Origin: an uncultured Actinomycetes bacterium
GTDB taxonomy: Bacteria > Actinomycetota > Thermoleophilia > Gaiellales > Gaiellaceae
Assembly (NCBI GenBank): GCA_963842575.1
Contig: CAWJGS010000010.1
Coordinates: forward strand, 422,871 to 486,870
Reading direction: 5' to 3'
Length of the DNA: 64,000 nt
Positions within the stretch are counted from its first letter, which is position 1; each line of letters begins with the position of its first letter. A program made the translations under genes and the position numbers. This document shows positions 30,776 through 41,600 of this stretch, piece by piece. The notes beneath the pieces are model-generated. The model saw only the letters and a program-made list of their open reading frames with translations, was not told the DNA's origin and searched no databases.

Positions 30776-31354
30776 TCAGAGCGGGCTGACGCGGACTTCG
30801 AAGAGGTCTCCGTCCAGCCGCTTCGCCTCCGCGACATACGAGTCGTAGCGCTCGGAGGCCAGGCGCTCGAGCTCCTGCACTGTGCCGAACTCCGGCCGGC
30901 CGTCGACCGTGAGCGTCTTCGTCCCCTCCTGCATGGTCAACATCAGCTCCTCGCCTTCGACGCCCTCGATCTCCAGCACCTCGATGCGCCGCGCGGCCGC
31001 CGCCCAGACGTCGCCGTGCCTCCGGACCGCCTCTACCCGGTAGGGCGCTTTGACCAGGTCGTCCAGTACCTCCGCCAGCGGCTCGATCGCGGGCTCCGGG
31101 AGCTCGTCGTCGAGGATCACCGAACCGTCTTCGAGAACGACGAAGGTCACCTCCTTTCCCGGCAGGTCGGGCGCATCCGCCATCACGACGGCGTCCCAGT
31201 GCCGCGGCCTCTGGACGCCGTGGTAGCCGGGAACACCCGGTGCCGGCGGCCCGGTATCGACCGGCTCGGGCGGCCGCTCGTTCAGCCCGCCGTCGTCCAG
31301 GCCCCCCTCACGGGCCAGCCGCTCGTGCAACCTTTCGCGGCGGAAGAGGGGCAA
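30776..31354 (-). CDS. Acidic hypothetical protein between hpf and secA
   Basis: The composition is non-biased and Glu/Asp/Val-rich (VTFVVLEDGSVILDDELPEPAIEPLAEVLDDLV...). The TTG start sits directly after the restored hpf stop codon. I recognise no family. Confidence 0.5.
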   Translation of the reverse strand: MPLFRRERLHERLAREGGLDDGGLNERPPEPVDTGPPAPGVPGYHGVQRPRHWDAVVMADAPDLPGKEVTFVVLEDGSVILDDELPEPAIEPLAEVLDDLVKAPYRVEAVRRHGDVWAAAARRIEVLEIEGVEGEELMLTMQEGTKTLTVDGRPEFGTVQELERLASERYDSYVAEAKRLDGDLFEVRVSPL

Positions 31355-31892
31355 CTACTGCAGCTGCGGCTCGATCAGCCCGAAGCTCCCGTCGCGCCGC
31401 CGGTAGACGACGTTGACGTCCGCGGACTCGGCGTTCTGGAAGACGAAGAAGTCGTGCCCGACGAGCTCGAGCTGCAGCACAGCCTCGTCCGGGCTCATGG
31501 GCTTGACCGGGAACTGCTTGGACTTGACGATCAGGGGCTCGGGGCCGTCCAGGGACTCGACCGCGGCGCGCGGGATGGTCGCCGCGGCGGGGCTCCTCCA
31601 CGCGCTTCTCGCGGTAGCGCTTCACCTGGCGCGCGAGCTTGTTGGCCAGCTGGTCGATCGACGCCTTCATGTCGCTCGAGGCCTCGCGCGCGCGGAGCAC
31701 AGGCCCCTTCGTCCACACCGTCGCCTCGGCCACCTGGTTCTCGGCGATGGACGGATTGCGCTCGACCGCGAGCTCCAGCTCCACCACGGTCGGATCGCTC
31801 AGCTGCCGCTCGAGCCTGCGCAACTTGGACTCGGCGTAGCTGCGGATCGAATCGCTGACCTCGACATTCTTGCCCTTGACCTCGAGTTGCAT
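31355..31892 (-). pseudogene. hpf: Long-form ribosome hibernation promoting factor, with one extra base in a C4 run near 31590
   Basis: The N-terminal domain is MQLEVKGKNVEVSDSIRSYAESKLRRLERQL...KRYREKRVEEP. The +1 frame then gives the conserved C-terminal dimerisation domain, AAATIPRAAVESLDGPEPLIVKSKQFPVKPMSPDEAVLQLELVGHDFFVFQNAESADVNVVYRRRDGSFGLIEPQLQ, stopping at 31355-31357. Confidence 0.85.
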
Positions 31893-32122
31893 CTGCTCCT
31901 CCTCGGTAGAGGCTTCCCTCCTATCTTACGAGCGGATGCGCGCCTGACGGACACCGTCGCAGCCCAGTCTCGGACACGCCGGCTCTTGCGCCGACAGCGC
32001 GTTTACATCAGAGCACAACATCGGTTATAAAAGAAGCAAGAATCTGCGGTCAACACAAACGGAGAGCATGCTGCCTCAACCTGCGGAGACACAGGCTCCA
32101 TCGAGCCCAGAGCCGGCCGACC

Positions 32123-32407
32123 TTACCCTCGTTCGCCTCTCGAAGGCAGTGACCCGGCTCGAGCGAGCTCTAGCAACTCAACGAGCATTGCTTGATTCTC
32201 TGCTGCGCTCCGCTCGACAGCCTCGAGCCGTTCAGCGAGGCTCGCGACAGACCCTGCGTCTAATTGAGACTCCACGAAGAAAGAGCTCGGAACGTCGAGA
32301 ACGTCCGCCAGCTCCATGAGCGTGCCGAGCCGCGGCAGCCACGATTTCCCGTCTCGGGGATTAACTCCCGACTGCCAGCGCTGAACGGTTCGAAGACCGA
32401 CACCCAT
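32123..32407 (-). pseudogene. XRE-type helix-turn-helix protein lacking its first helix; probable 5'-truncated remnant
   Basis: (DESHERLAGE)MGVGLRTVQRWQSGVNPRDGKSWLPRLGTLMELADVLDVPSSFF matches helices 2-5 of an XRE HTH. In-frame TGA and TAG stops lie just upstream, and no start codon would include helix 1. Confidence 0.5.
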
Positions 32408-32526
32408 CTCGCCGGCGAGACGCTCGTGCGATTCGTCGTCACCGGACCGTCAGAGACGGTGCGGGCCCTCCTACATCGGGGTGGAGAACGACCAGTCCGG
32501 AAACTGCGACGGCGACAGGCGGAACG

Positions 32527-32829
32527 GTGATGGTCGCCGGGACGAAGTACGACGTCGTCTGCGCTCATTTCGTCGCGCATTCGGGCGACTTCAATACCGG
32601 TAGCCCGAAGATGCGCTTCGCGTACTGGAATGGGAACACATACGTTGTCGTCCGCATCACGGGCAACGGTTCTCCCGGCAGCGAGGACACGTTCGGGTGG
32701 GGCACCACGCCAAGCCTCGCCGAGGTTACTGCCTGGGTGAATCGAGGCGTCAAGGGATCTCACATCGCAGCCAGCTGGACCTGGCTGAGCATTTCACAGG
32801 GGAACTACCAGGTTCACGCTCCGAACTAA
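32527..32829 (+). CDS. Orphan 100-aa protein in a lower-GC islet
   Basis: The composition is unbiased and Trp/Asn/Tyr/Thr-containing (MMVAGTKYDVVCAHFVAHSGDFNTGSPKMRFAYWNGNTYVVVRITGNG...), unlike off-frame products elsewhere in the window. I recognise no family. Confidence 0.45.
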   Translation: MMVAGTKYDVVCAHFVAHSGDFNTGSPKMRFAYWNGNTYVVVRITGNGSPGSEDTFGWGTTPSLAEVTAWVNRGVKGSHIAASWTWLSISQGNYQVHAPN

Positions 32830-32883
32830 CGCGTAGAACCGACTCCAGGAGGGCGCAGCCTCCGTGGCTGCGCCCTCCTATCT

Positions 32884-33558
32884 CTACGAAGAGACACGCG
32901 CGGTCCTGGCAAACGTGACCACGTGGATCTCACGAGCGCCCGCGGCCCGAAGCGCAGACGCCGCCGCGGATGCGGTCGCACCGGTCGTGTACACGTCGTC
33001 CACGACGCAGAGCGACCTCGGGAGTGAAACCGGACGTGCCCGAAAGGCGCCCGCAATGTTTCGCCGCCGGTCGCTCCTCGAAAGCCCTCGCTGTCTGACG
33101 GCTCGCCGCATTCGCACAAGCGCGTCTCCTACGGGAAGCTGCCAGCGCCGTGCGAGCTCGAGCGCTAACGCGCACGAGGGGTTGTGTCCCCGGCGGAGCA
33201 AGCGCTCTCCGTCCGGAGGGACGAAGACGAGCCCTTCCACCGGAGGCGCGGCGATTGCCTCGCAAACGAGCTCGGCCGCGGCTTCCGCCAGTACGCGAAT
33301 CCCCCGCTCCTTCCAAGCGGCCACGATCGAGCGGGCGCCGCGGTCGTAGAGGACGGCGGCACGCGCCGTTGCGAACGCGAGCCGGCGGCCGCGGCACTCG
33401 CGGCAGCGCTCGACCGGCCACGCGGTCGGCGCGCCGCAGGAGGCGCACATCGGCGCCCGCAACCGCTTCAGCCCGTCCCGGCAGGCGGCGCACAACGCGG
33501 AGCCGGGGCAGGAGCACACGGCGCAGCGCTGCGGCAGAAGCAGTCCGAGGAGATCCAC
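32884..33558 (-). CDS. comFC: ComF family protein (phosphoribosyltransferase domain with N-terminal Cys-rich finger)
   Basis: The Cys-rich finger is CAVCSCPGSALCAAC...CASCGAP...CRECRG. The PRT motif is LCVVDDVYTTGATASAAASAL. Confidence 0.85.
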   Translation of the reverse strand: MDLLGLLLPQRCAVCSCPGSALCAACRDGLKRLRAPMCASCGAPTAWPVERCRECRGRRLAFATARAAVLYDRGARSIVAAWKERGIRVLAEAAAELVCEAIAAPPVEGLVFVPPDGERLLRRGHNPSCALALELARRWQLPVGDALVRMRRAVRQRGLSRSDRRRNIAGAFRARPVSLPRSLCVVDDVYTTGATASAAASALRAAGAREIHVVTFARTARVSS

Positions 33559-33633
33559 CGAGCCACGCTACGCCCGGCCAGGGGCCGGAATGTGTCTAGT
33601 TCGAGACGGTTCCGCTCCGAAAGGCGTTCAGCG

Positions 33634-34569
33634 TCATCCGAGCGCCTCAGCATAGGGAGGGCGGTGGACCCCGCGCTCGGTCACGATTGCGCTGATCAGC
33701 TCCGCCGGCGTCACGTCGAACGCGGGGTTGCGCGCGGAGAAGCGACTGGTCACTTCCGAGGCGGCACGCTCCTCGATCGGTATGTCCGCGCCGGTCGGCG
33801 TGTCCGGATCGACGGTCGAGGTCGGAGCCACGACATAGAACGGAATCCCGTGGTGACGTGCGAGCACGGCGAGTGGATAGGTGCCGATCTTGTTGGCGGT
33901 GTCGCCGTTAGCGGCGATTCGGTCTGCGCCGGTCACGACGCAGTCGACCTCCCCCGCGGCCATCATCCCACCGGCCGCAGAGTCCGCGATGACGGTGAAT
34001 GGAATGCCTTCCGCCTCGAGCTCCCAGGCAGTGAGCCGCGAGCCCTGGAGAAGCGGCCGGGTCTCGTCGACGAGCACGTGGGCCAGCAGACCGCGCTCCC
34101 ACGCTGCCCTCAGCGCGCCGAGCGCCGTCCCGTAGCCGCCGGTCGCAAGCGCGCCGGTGTTGCAGTGCGTGAGCGCGCGCGCCGCCGGCTGTAGCAGCCC
34201 GGCGGCGTGCGCGGCCATCCGCCTGCAGCACTCGACCTCGTCACGGTGAATTCTTCGCGCGTTCTCCGGAGTCGGTTCGACCAGCATCGCGTCCAGAGCC
34301 CAGCCGAGGTTGACCGCCGTGGGGCGGCTGTCCCGCAACACGCGCTCAGCGGCGAGCAGATCCTCGCCCCGCGTGGCCGCGAGCGCGTAGCCGTAGGCGG
34401 CTGCGATGCCGATGGCCGGCGCTCCCCGGATCGCGAGCGTCCGTATCGCATCTGCCACTTCGGCGGCGGAGCGGCACTCCAGCTCGACCTCGTCGTCGGG
34501 CAGGCGGCGCTGGTCGAGGAGGACGACGCGGTCCTCCTCGAGCCGGATGATCCGCTCAGGGTCGAGCAA
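33634..34569 (-). CDS. mtnA: S-methyl-5-thioribose-1-phosphate isomerase
   Basis: [56 protein letters not shown] and [18 protein letters not shown] are present. The probable TTG start at 34569 overlaps the stop of the upstream methyltransferase. Confidence 0.85.
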   Translation of the reverse strand: MLDPERIIRLEEDRVVLLDQRRLPDDEVELECRSAAEVADAIRTLAIRGAPAIGIAAAYGYALAATRGEDLLAAERVLRDSRPTAVNLGWALDAMLVEPTPENARRIHRDEVECCRRMAAHAAGLLQPAARALTHCNTGALATGGYGTALGALRAAWERGLLAHVLVDETRPLLQGSRLTAWELEAEGIPFTVIADSAAGGMMAAGEVDCVVTGADRIAANGDTANKIGTYPLAVLARHHGIPFYVVAPTSTVDPDTPTGADIPIEERAASEVTSRFSARNPAFDVTPAELISAIVTERGVHRPPYAEALG

Positions 34570-35392
34570 GGTCCCAAACGAGGACGGCGGGAAGTCCCTC
34601 GAGCGCCTCGGCGACGAGGTCGAGATCGAGCGCCACCCGGCTCGCCCAGAGCTCGACCTCGTCGCGCCGGTAGAGCAGCTCGTGGCAGTCGCGGACCTCG
34701 CAGGCCGGCACCGCGGAAGGCAGCCAGATAGCGGCTCATCAGGTGCACATGGTTGACCACGTAGCCGCGCGCGGACATCGTTCACTCGGTACGCCGCCTG
34801 CGCCCCGAGCGCGACAAAAGTCGGGTGGAGGTCGGTGATGACGATCCGGCCGCCGGGACGAACTGTGCGGGCAAGCTCGCGGATCGCCGGCGCCGGATCC
34901 TCCAGGTGTGTGAGCGCGAGCGAGCAGACGGCGAGATCGAACCGGCCGGTCTCCACCGGCAGCTCCGTCAGCAGGCCGAGCCGAAACTCGGCCGCCGGCA
35001 CGCGCTCGCGCGCCCGCTCCAGCATCGCCTCCGTCGCGTCGACGCCGACGACGTCGTGTCCGAGCGCGGCCAGGACGGCGGACTGGCGGCCGGTACCGCA
35101 GGCAGCGTCGAGCGCGCTACCCGGGTCGATCCCGGAGAACAGCCCGGCCGTGAACGGCCCCTCCAGCTCGAGGATGGGGTTCCGCCGGGGGAGGTCGTAG
35201 CTCGGCGCCCACTCCGGATAGCCCTCGGAGACCTCGCGGCGCGGGCACGTCGGTCCACGAATCCGCCGGCTCGTCGAGGAGCCGGCGGATCTCCGTCACG
35301 ATGCGATCGACCGTCGCGCGGTCGCCTACGAGCCAGTTCCGCGCCAGCGCGATCCCGGTGAGGGACAGTTCGAGCTGCTTCTCGTACGGCAG
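34556..35392 (-). pseudogene. Class I SAM-dependent methyltransferase, three frameshifts (about 35240, 34760 and 34700); possible CTG start
   Basis: The protein is collinear across four frames: ...[19 protein letters not shown] / [15 protein letters not shown]...[33 protein letters not shown]...[13 protein letters not shown]...[10 protein letters not shown] / [22 protein letters not shown] / [21 protein letters not shown]...LVWDLARP, then stop. Confidence 0.7.
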
Positions 35393-35395
35393 GCC

Positions 35396-36676
<1,281 letters not shown>

Positions 36677-37010
36677 TCAGGCGGCGAGCAGACGCTCCTG
36701 CTTCCGCTGTTCCCATTCGAGGTAGGCCGGGGCGGTACCGCTCGCGCCGGCGAGCCACGTCTCCACCGCGGCTCTGAGGTCAGGCTCGCTCCGCAGCCTA
36801 GCGGCGAAAGCGATGTCGGAGAGCTCCACCGCGAATGCACGAGCGAAGCTCGTTGAGCGACCGGAGGACGTTCAGCTCGCGCAGCCCGTACAGGCGGTAG
36901 CCCTTCGGCGTGCGCTCCGGAACGACGAGGTCGCATTGCTCCAGATAGCGCAGCATGCGCGGAGACCAGCCGGTCAGCGCGGCGGCGCGTCCAACGGTGA
37001 GCAACTCCAT
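36677..37010 (-). pseudogene. MerR-family transcriptional regulator, one frameshift near 36845
   Basis: The HTH is MELLTVGRAAALTGWSPRMLRYLEQCDLVVPERTPKGYRLYGLRELNVLRSLNEL. The +1 frame continues ARAFAVELSDIAFAARLRSEPDLRAAVETWLAG...EWEQRKQERLLAA and stops 13 nt upstream of ahcY. Confidence 0.7.
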
Positions 37011-37034
37011 GCCAGAAACATTACCACACGTCTG

Positions 37035-37788
37035 TCAATGTTTGCGGCAAGCGAAGAGCCCGCCCACCTTCGTCACGCGGAATGCCCCGTCGCGCTCGAT
37101 CTGCTCGCGGACGATCTCCTCGAAGCCCTCTCTGCCGTCCGACAGGCTCTTCACGAAGGCGACCACCGGCTCGACCTCCGTCACTTCGAGGCCGCCCGGA
37201 TGCAGCTCGACCTGCACGTCGGAGAAGACCTTGCGCAGCTCGTCGCCCGCGTCCTCCAGGCGGAACCCCCAGGACCACGGCTCATCGTCGGAGTAGAGCG
37301 CCTTGATCTCCTTCAGGTGCTCGCTGCCGTTGGTCGAGCAATAGAAGGTCGCGTCCGGCCGCATGACGCGGGCGACCTCACGAGAACGCGCGCGGCCGGT
37401 CCTGCACGTGGTAGAGCATGTGATTCGCGATGACGCCGTCGAACGAGGCGTCCTCGAACGGCAGGTCCTGGATATCCGCCACCCGGTACGCGGCACGCTC
37501 GTCCAGCACGCGCCGTGCCTTCTCGACCATCCCGGGCGAGAGGTCGGCAAGCGTCAGTCGCCATCCCGGCGGAATCCGGTCGCTGTTCTGCACCCACAGC
37601 TCGGCGGGGCCGCAACCGACCTCGAGGATCTGCGCCCGCTCAGGAAAGTGGAGCCGGTCGAAGACCCAGCGGTGCCATGGCTCGGGGTTCGTGTCGAACC
37701 GGCGGTGGAGCTCGATGCGCGCGCGCAGGTTCGAGTCGTCCCGGTACTGCTCGTCTTTGAGGTAGGCCTGGTCGGTGAAACGCTTCAC
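37035..37788 (-). pseudogene. Class I SAM-dependent methyltransferase, one frameshift near 37385
   Basis: ILEVGCGPAELW (motif I)...FDGVIANHMLYHVQDRPRA is followed in the +1 frame by SREVARVMRPDATFYCSTNGSEHLKEI... Confidence 0.75.
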
Positions 37789-38165
37789 GTGCCGGCGCGG
37801 CCGTAGCGGTCTTCCAGCCGCACGACGTCATCGACCTCCGGCGTGGAGGCCTCTAGCACGAGCGAGTCCTCGAGAGCGCTCCAGCGGTGCACCATGCCCG
37901 GCCGGATCCGGAAGGCGGCCCCGGCCTCCACGACCTGCGGCTCCGCGTCCTCCCCCAGCTCGATCGCGATCTTGCCCTCGTGGACGTAGATCGTCTCGTC
38001 CTTCTCGTTGTGGAACTGGAGGCTCAGCTGCTCGCCCTCGCGGATGAACAGGAGCTTTCCGCAGTAGTGCTCGCTGTGCGCCCAGATGAGCTCGTAGCCC
38101 CAGGGCTTCTCGACCCGCCTGGCGCTGAAGGCGAACGCCTCCAGCCCGTCCCGTGTAGTGGCCAC
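37785..38165 (-). CDS. Cupin-domain protein (mannose-6-phosphate isomerase type II C-terminal-like)
   Basis: GTG at 38165, 5 nt after the ugd stop. The cupin motifs are KPWGYELIWAHSEHYCGKLLFIREGEQLSLQFHNEKDETIYVHEG and FRIRPGMVHRWSA. Confidence 0.75.
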   Translation of the reverse strand: MATTRDGLEAFAFSARRVEKPWGYELIWAHSEHYCGKLLFIREGEQLSLQFHNEKDETIYVHEGKIAIELGEDAEPQVVEAGAAFRIRPGMVHRWSALEDSLVLEASTPEVDDVVRLEDRYGRAGT

Positions 38166-38167
38166 GG

Positions 38168-39517
38168 CTAGGCCCCCCGCGCCGGTTCGGGCACGTCGGG
38201 CTCGGCTGTCTCCGGAAGCAGGTCGAGCGCCGAGCTGGAACGGCCGATGCCTTCGTAGGCGAAGCCGGCGGCGCGCACCTCGGCCGGGTCGAGCAGATTG
38301 CGCCCGTCGATGATCAGGGGGCGGCGCATCGCGGCGCGCGTCTCCGGCGACGCGAGCGTGCGCAGGGCGTCCCACTCGGTGACGACCACTGCCGCGTCGG
38401 CTCCAGCGACCGCCTCGGCGATCGTCTCGCATCGAGTCGCTCCGACGAGACGGTCCCGCGCGTCCGCGACCGGATCCCACGTTCGGACGTCCGCTCCCTC
38501 GGCGAGTAGGCGCGAGGCGATGACGAGACTCGGCGCATCACGCATGTCATCCGTCCCCGGCTTGAAGGCGAGGCCGAGGAGGGCGATCGTCGTACCGCGA
38601 AGCGCTCCAAGGTGCTTCTGCAGCTTCGAGATCACCTTGCGCTTCTGCAATTCGTTCACCTCGATCATCGCCGCAAGCAGCTGAAAGTGATAGCCCGAGT
38701 TTCCGGCGAGCTGCTTGAGCGAGGAAGCGTCCTTGCCGAAACAGCTTCCACCCCACCCCACTCCTGCCCGCAGGAAGTGCGGGCCTAGCCGCTGATCGAG
38801 GCCAACGCCTTCGGCAACTCGGACGACATCCGCTCCCACGAGCTCGCACACGTTGGCGATCTCGTTGATGAAGCTGATGCGCAAAGTGAGGAACGCATTG
38901 GACGCGAGCTTGATCATCTCCGCCGAGGCGACATCGGCCTTGATGATCGGTGCGTTCGATGCCGGCGTGTAGCCCTCGACGGCCTCGGCATCGGATCTCG
39001 TCGAAAGCGCCGATGACGATTCGATCGGGCCGGAGAAAGTCCCTCAGCGCGGTTCCTTCTGCGAGGAATTCGGGGTTGGACACGTAGCCGACCTGCTCGA
39101 GCCCGCGAGCGTCAGGTGCGGCTCGCACCTTTTCTCCCGTCCCGACCGGGACCGTGCTCTTCATCACCAGGAGCAGTGCGCTCCGCCGACTGTGGCAGCT
39201 CCTCGATCAGCCGTCCAGACACGCGAGAGGTCGGCGTCGCCGGAGTACGTCGGCGGGGTGTCGACGCACACGAAGACAAAGTCGGCATCCGCCACGGCCT
39301 CGGCGACGTCGAGCGTAAAGAGCAGGCGCTCCCGGTTTCGCTCGACCAGCTCGGCGAGGCCCGGCTCGAAGATCGGAAGCTCTCCCGCGTTCAGCGCCGC
39401 GATCTTCTCGGGGACGATGTCCCTGATCGCGACGGAGTGGCCGAGCTCGGCGAAGCACGCCCCCGTGACGAGGCCGGCGTAACCGGCGCCGAAGACGGCG
39501 ACGCGCGAGCCGCTCAC
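38168..39517 (-). pseudogene. ugd: UDP-glucose/GDP-mannose-family 6-dehydrogenase, three frameshifts (about 39208, 39174 and 38993)
   Basis: GTGA overlap with the LCP stop codon. The segments are (M)SGSRVAVFGAGYAGLVTGACFAELGH...GDADLSRVWTA / [11 protein letters not shown] / [16 protein letters not shown]...[14 protein letters not shown]...IVIGAFDEI / [10 protein letters not shown]...[11 protein letters not shown]...[15 protein letters not shown]. Each junction needs one base to be skipped. Confidence 0.8.
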
Positions 39518-41499
39518 TTCTTCACCGCGTGCACCGGCTGCAGGCCCTTCGCGATCGCGACCATTGTCGACGGCGACAGCGTGTCGAGAAGCGTGTTCAC
39601 CACCCAGTAGGTGGCGCCGTTTTCGTATAGCGCGATCATGTGCAGGTCGGGCCCGTTGAAGTAGAAACGGTAGTGCCTCCCCTTGATCGTGTGGTCGAAG
39701 TTGGCGTCGGAGAGAACGGGAGCATCCGTCCAGTTCGTCTCTTCGATTCCCCAGTACTCGGTGTAGCCGCCGCTCGGGTACGCGAAACTGAGGCGCACCG
39801 CCCGGTCGTCGCCCTGGATCTTGTACGTGCGGATGGGCATCCCCTCGGTGTCCGGCGACGAGTTCGTCGCGAGCAGCGTCGGCACCTCGAGCTTGAACGG
39901 CACCTTGCGTTGCGCGCGCAGCACCATGCTCCGCGTCGCGTTCGCGTCGTAGGTGACCTTGGGGGGCTCCTTCTTCGGAACCGTGTCGATCGGCGCGGGA
40001 GCGAGCGTGCCGTGGAAGGTCTGGCCCACCGCGACGAGGACCATCGAGCCGTTCGTATAGCTCTTGAGCAAGTCCGGCAGCTTCTGCACGACGGTTTGCC
40101 CGAACAGATCGGAGACCTTGATCGCCGCGGCCTTGGAACGCTTCTTCGCCGGGTTCCAGAAGACCTGGGTCTTGAAGCAGTGGATGCGGGGGCACGTGCC
40201 CTGCGGCGCGTCCGCCGGAATCTGATTCGGCGGGTAGAGGATCTTGTAGCCGATGCGGTCGAGCCCGGAAACTGCCAGGCCGGCGGAGCCCGCAATGCCG
40301 TTGGCGTTCATGACGCTCACCGTCGTCAGGGAGGGCCGGGGCGCCGCGCTCTTCTTCCCGATCTGGGTGTGCAGCGCCGCGGAGCCCGACGCCTGGGCCG
40401 CGGCCACGTCCGGATGCTGGAAGTCGTGGACGGCAGCCGCGATGGCGCCGTCGTTCGGCTGGACGATGTCCCCGAGTGAATCCGAGTAGCCGCCGCTCAG
40501 GCCGTTGAGATGCACCTGGAAGATGTTCCCCTTCGGAAGCCCGTACAGCCAGGCGCCGTAATTGAACATCGTGTCCTCGGAGGGCGCACCGCCGCCCTTC
40601 CTCCCGATCACGATGTTGCTGACGATCGCGTGCAGGATGCGCGGCATGCTCGTGATATCCGCCTTGGCGATCTGCTGGCGCACGGCCTTGAGGAAGAGCT
40701 GCTGGCGCGCGTTCCGGTAGATGTCGTCGTCCGTGTGGCGATAGCGCACGAACGCGAGCGCTTGCGACCCCTTGAGCCGCTGGTACCCCGGTAGGAGATT
40801 GATCTCCGAGTACCGGTCGAAGGAGCCGAGGGAGGTGCCGTTGTTGGAGTGGAAGTAGCGGCGGTCGACGTCGATCCAGATCCCGCCCAGCTTGTCCACG
40901 ACCTGGGTGAAGCCGCGGAAGTTGACCGTGACCAGGTAGTTGATCGGCAGCCCCGTCAGCGCGCGGATGGTCGACATCGAGCCGGGCGCCCCGCAGTACG
41001 CGTACGCGGCATTGATCTTCTGGAGGCCGATGTCCTGCGCGGGGCACGTGACGTCCACGGCCAGGTCGCGGGGGAAGGAGAGGATCGAGACCGCCGGCGG
41101 ATTCGGCTGCGTGCGGACGAGCATGATCGTGTCCGAACGAGAGCTCGTCTCGCCCAACCGCTTGTCGTAGCCGATCACGAGAGCGATGGCCGGCTTGCTC
41201 GGGTCCGTCGCCTCGGCGAGCTGCTTCGTCGCGGCCTTGTCCGCCTTCGTCTTCGGCGCGACCGCCTGGAGCGTGTGGTGCAGCCAGAGGTAGACGCCGC
41301 CCGCGATCCCGCCGGCCAGCATCACCACGACCGCCAGGAGGATCCCCGTGACCCTCCCGGCCACGCGCAGCCCGCCGCGCCTCGGCTGCGGCTGCCGGTA
41401 CAGGCGGACGGGCGTGTACGGCCCGGGGGGCAGAATCGCCCGGCCGTTGCCGTTGACCGAGGCGCCCCGGCCGATTCCTCTTTTGAGCGTCGTTCGCAC
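39514..41499 (-). CDS. LytR-CpsA-Psr (LCP) family cell-envelope phosphotransferase with a long C-terminal extension
   Basis: A TM anchor is followed by LVIGYDKRLGETSSRSDTIMLVRT...ILSFPRDLAV...INAAYAYG...NYLVTVNFRGFTQVVDKLGGI. A LytR_C-like region and a further approximately 200-aa domain follow. Confidence 0.85.
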   Translation of the reverse strand: MRTTLKRGIGRGASVNGNGRAILPPGPYTPVRLYRQPQPRRGGLRVAGRVTGILLAVVVMLAGGIAGGVYLWLHHTLQAVAPKTKADKAATKQLAEATDPSKPAIALVIGYDKRLGETSSRSDTIMLVRTQPNPPAVSILSFPRDLAVDVTCPAQDIGLQKINAAYAYCGAPGSMSTIRALTGLPINYLVTVNFRGFTQVVDKLGGIWIDVDRRYFHSNNGTSLGSFDRYSEINLLPGYQRLKGSQALAFVRYRHTDDDIYRNARQQLFLKAVRQQIAKADITSMPRILHAIVSNIVIGRKGGGAPSEDTMFNYGAWLYGLPKGNIFQVHLNGLSGGYSDSLGDIVQPNDGAIAAAVHDFQHPDVAAAQASGSAALHTQIGKKSAAPRPSLTTVSVMNANGIAGSAGLAVSGLDRIGYKILYPPNQIPADAPQGTCPRIHCFKTQVFWNPAKKRSKAAAIKVSDLFGQTVVQKLPDLLKSYTNGSMVLVAVGQTFHGTLAPAPIDTVPKKEPPKVTYDANATRSMVLRAQRKVPFKLEVPTLLATNSSPDTEGMPIRTYKIQGDDRAVRLSFAYPSGGYTEYWGIEETNWTDAPVLSDANFDHTIKGRHYRFYFNGPDLHMIALYENGATYWVVNTLLDTLSPSTMVAIAKGLQPVHAVKK

Positions 41500-41600
41500 A
41501 GGCGTCCGAAAAGAGCGAGAACGCCGTTATCGGCGCCCTCCCGACGTTTGAGGATAGCCCAGCAGCCGGGCGGCACCCCGGGGAACCGCCCTGTGGAAGA

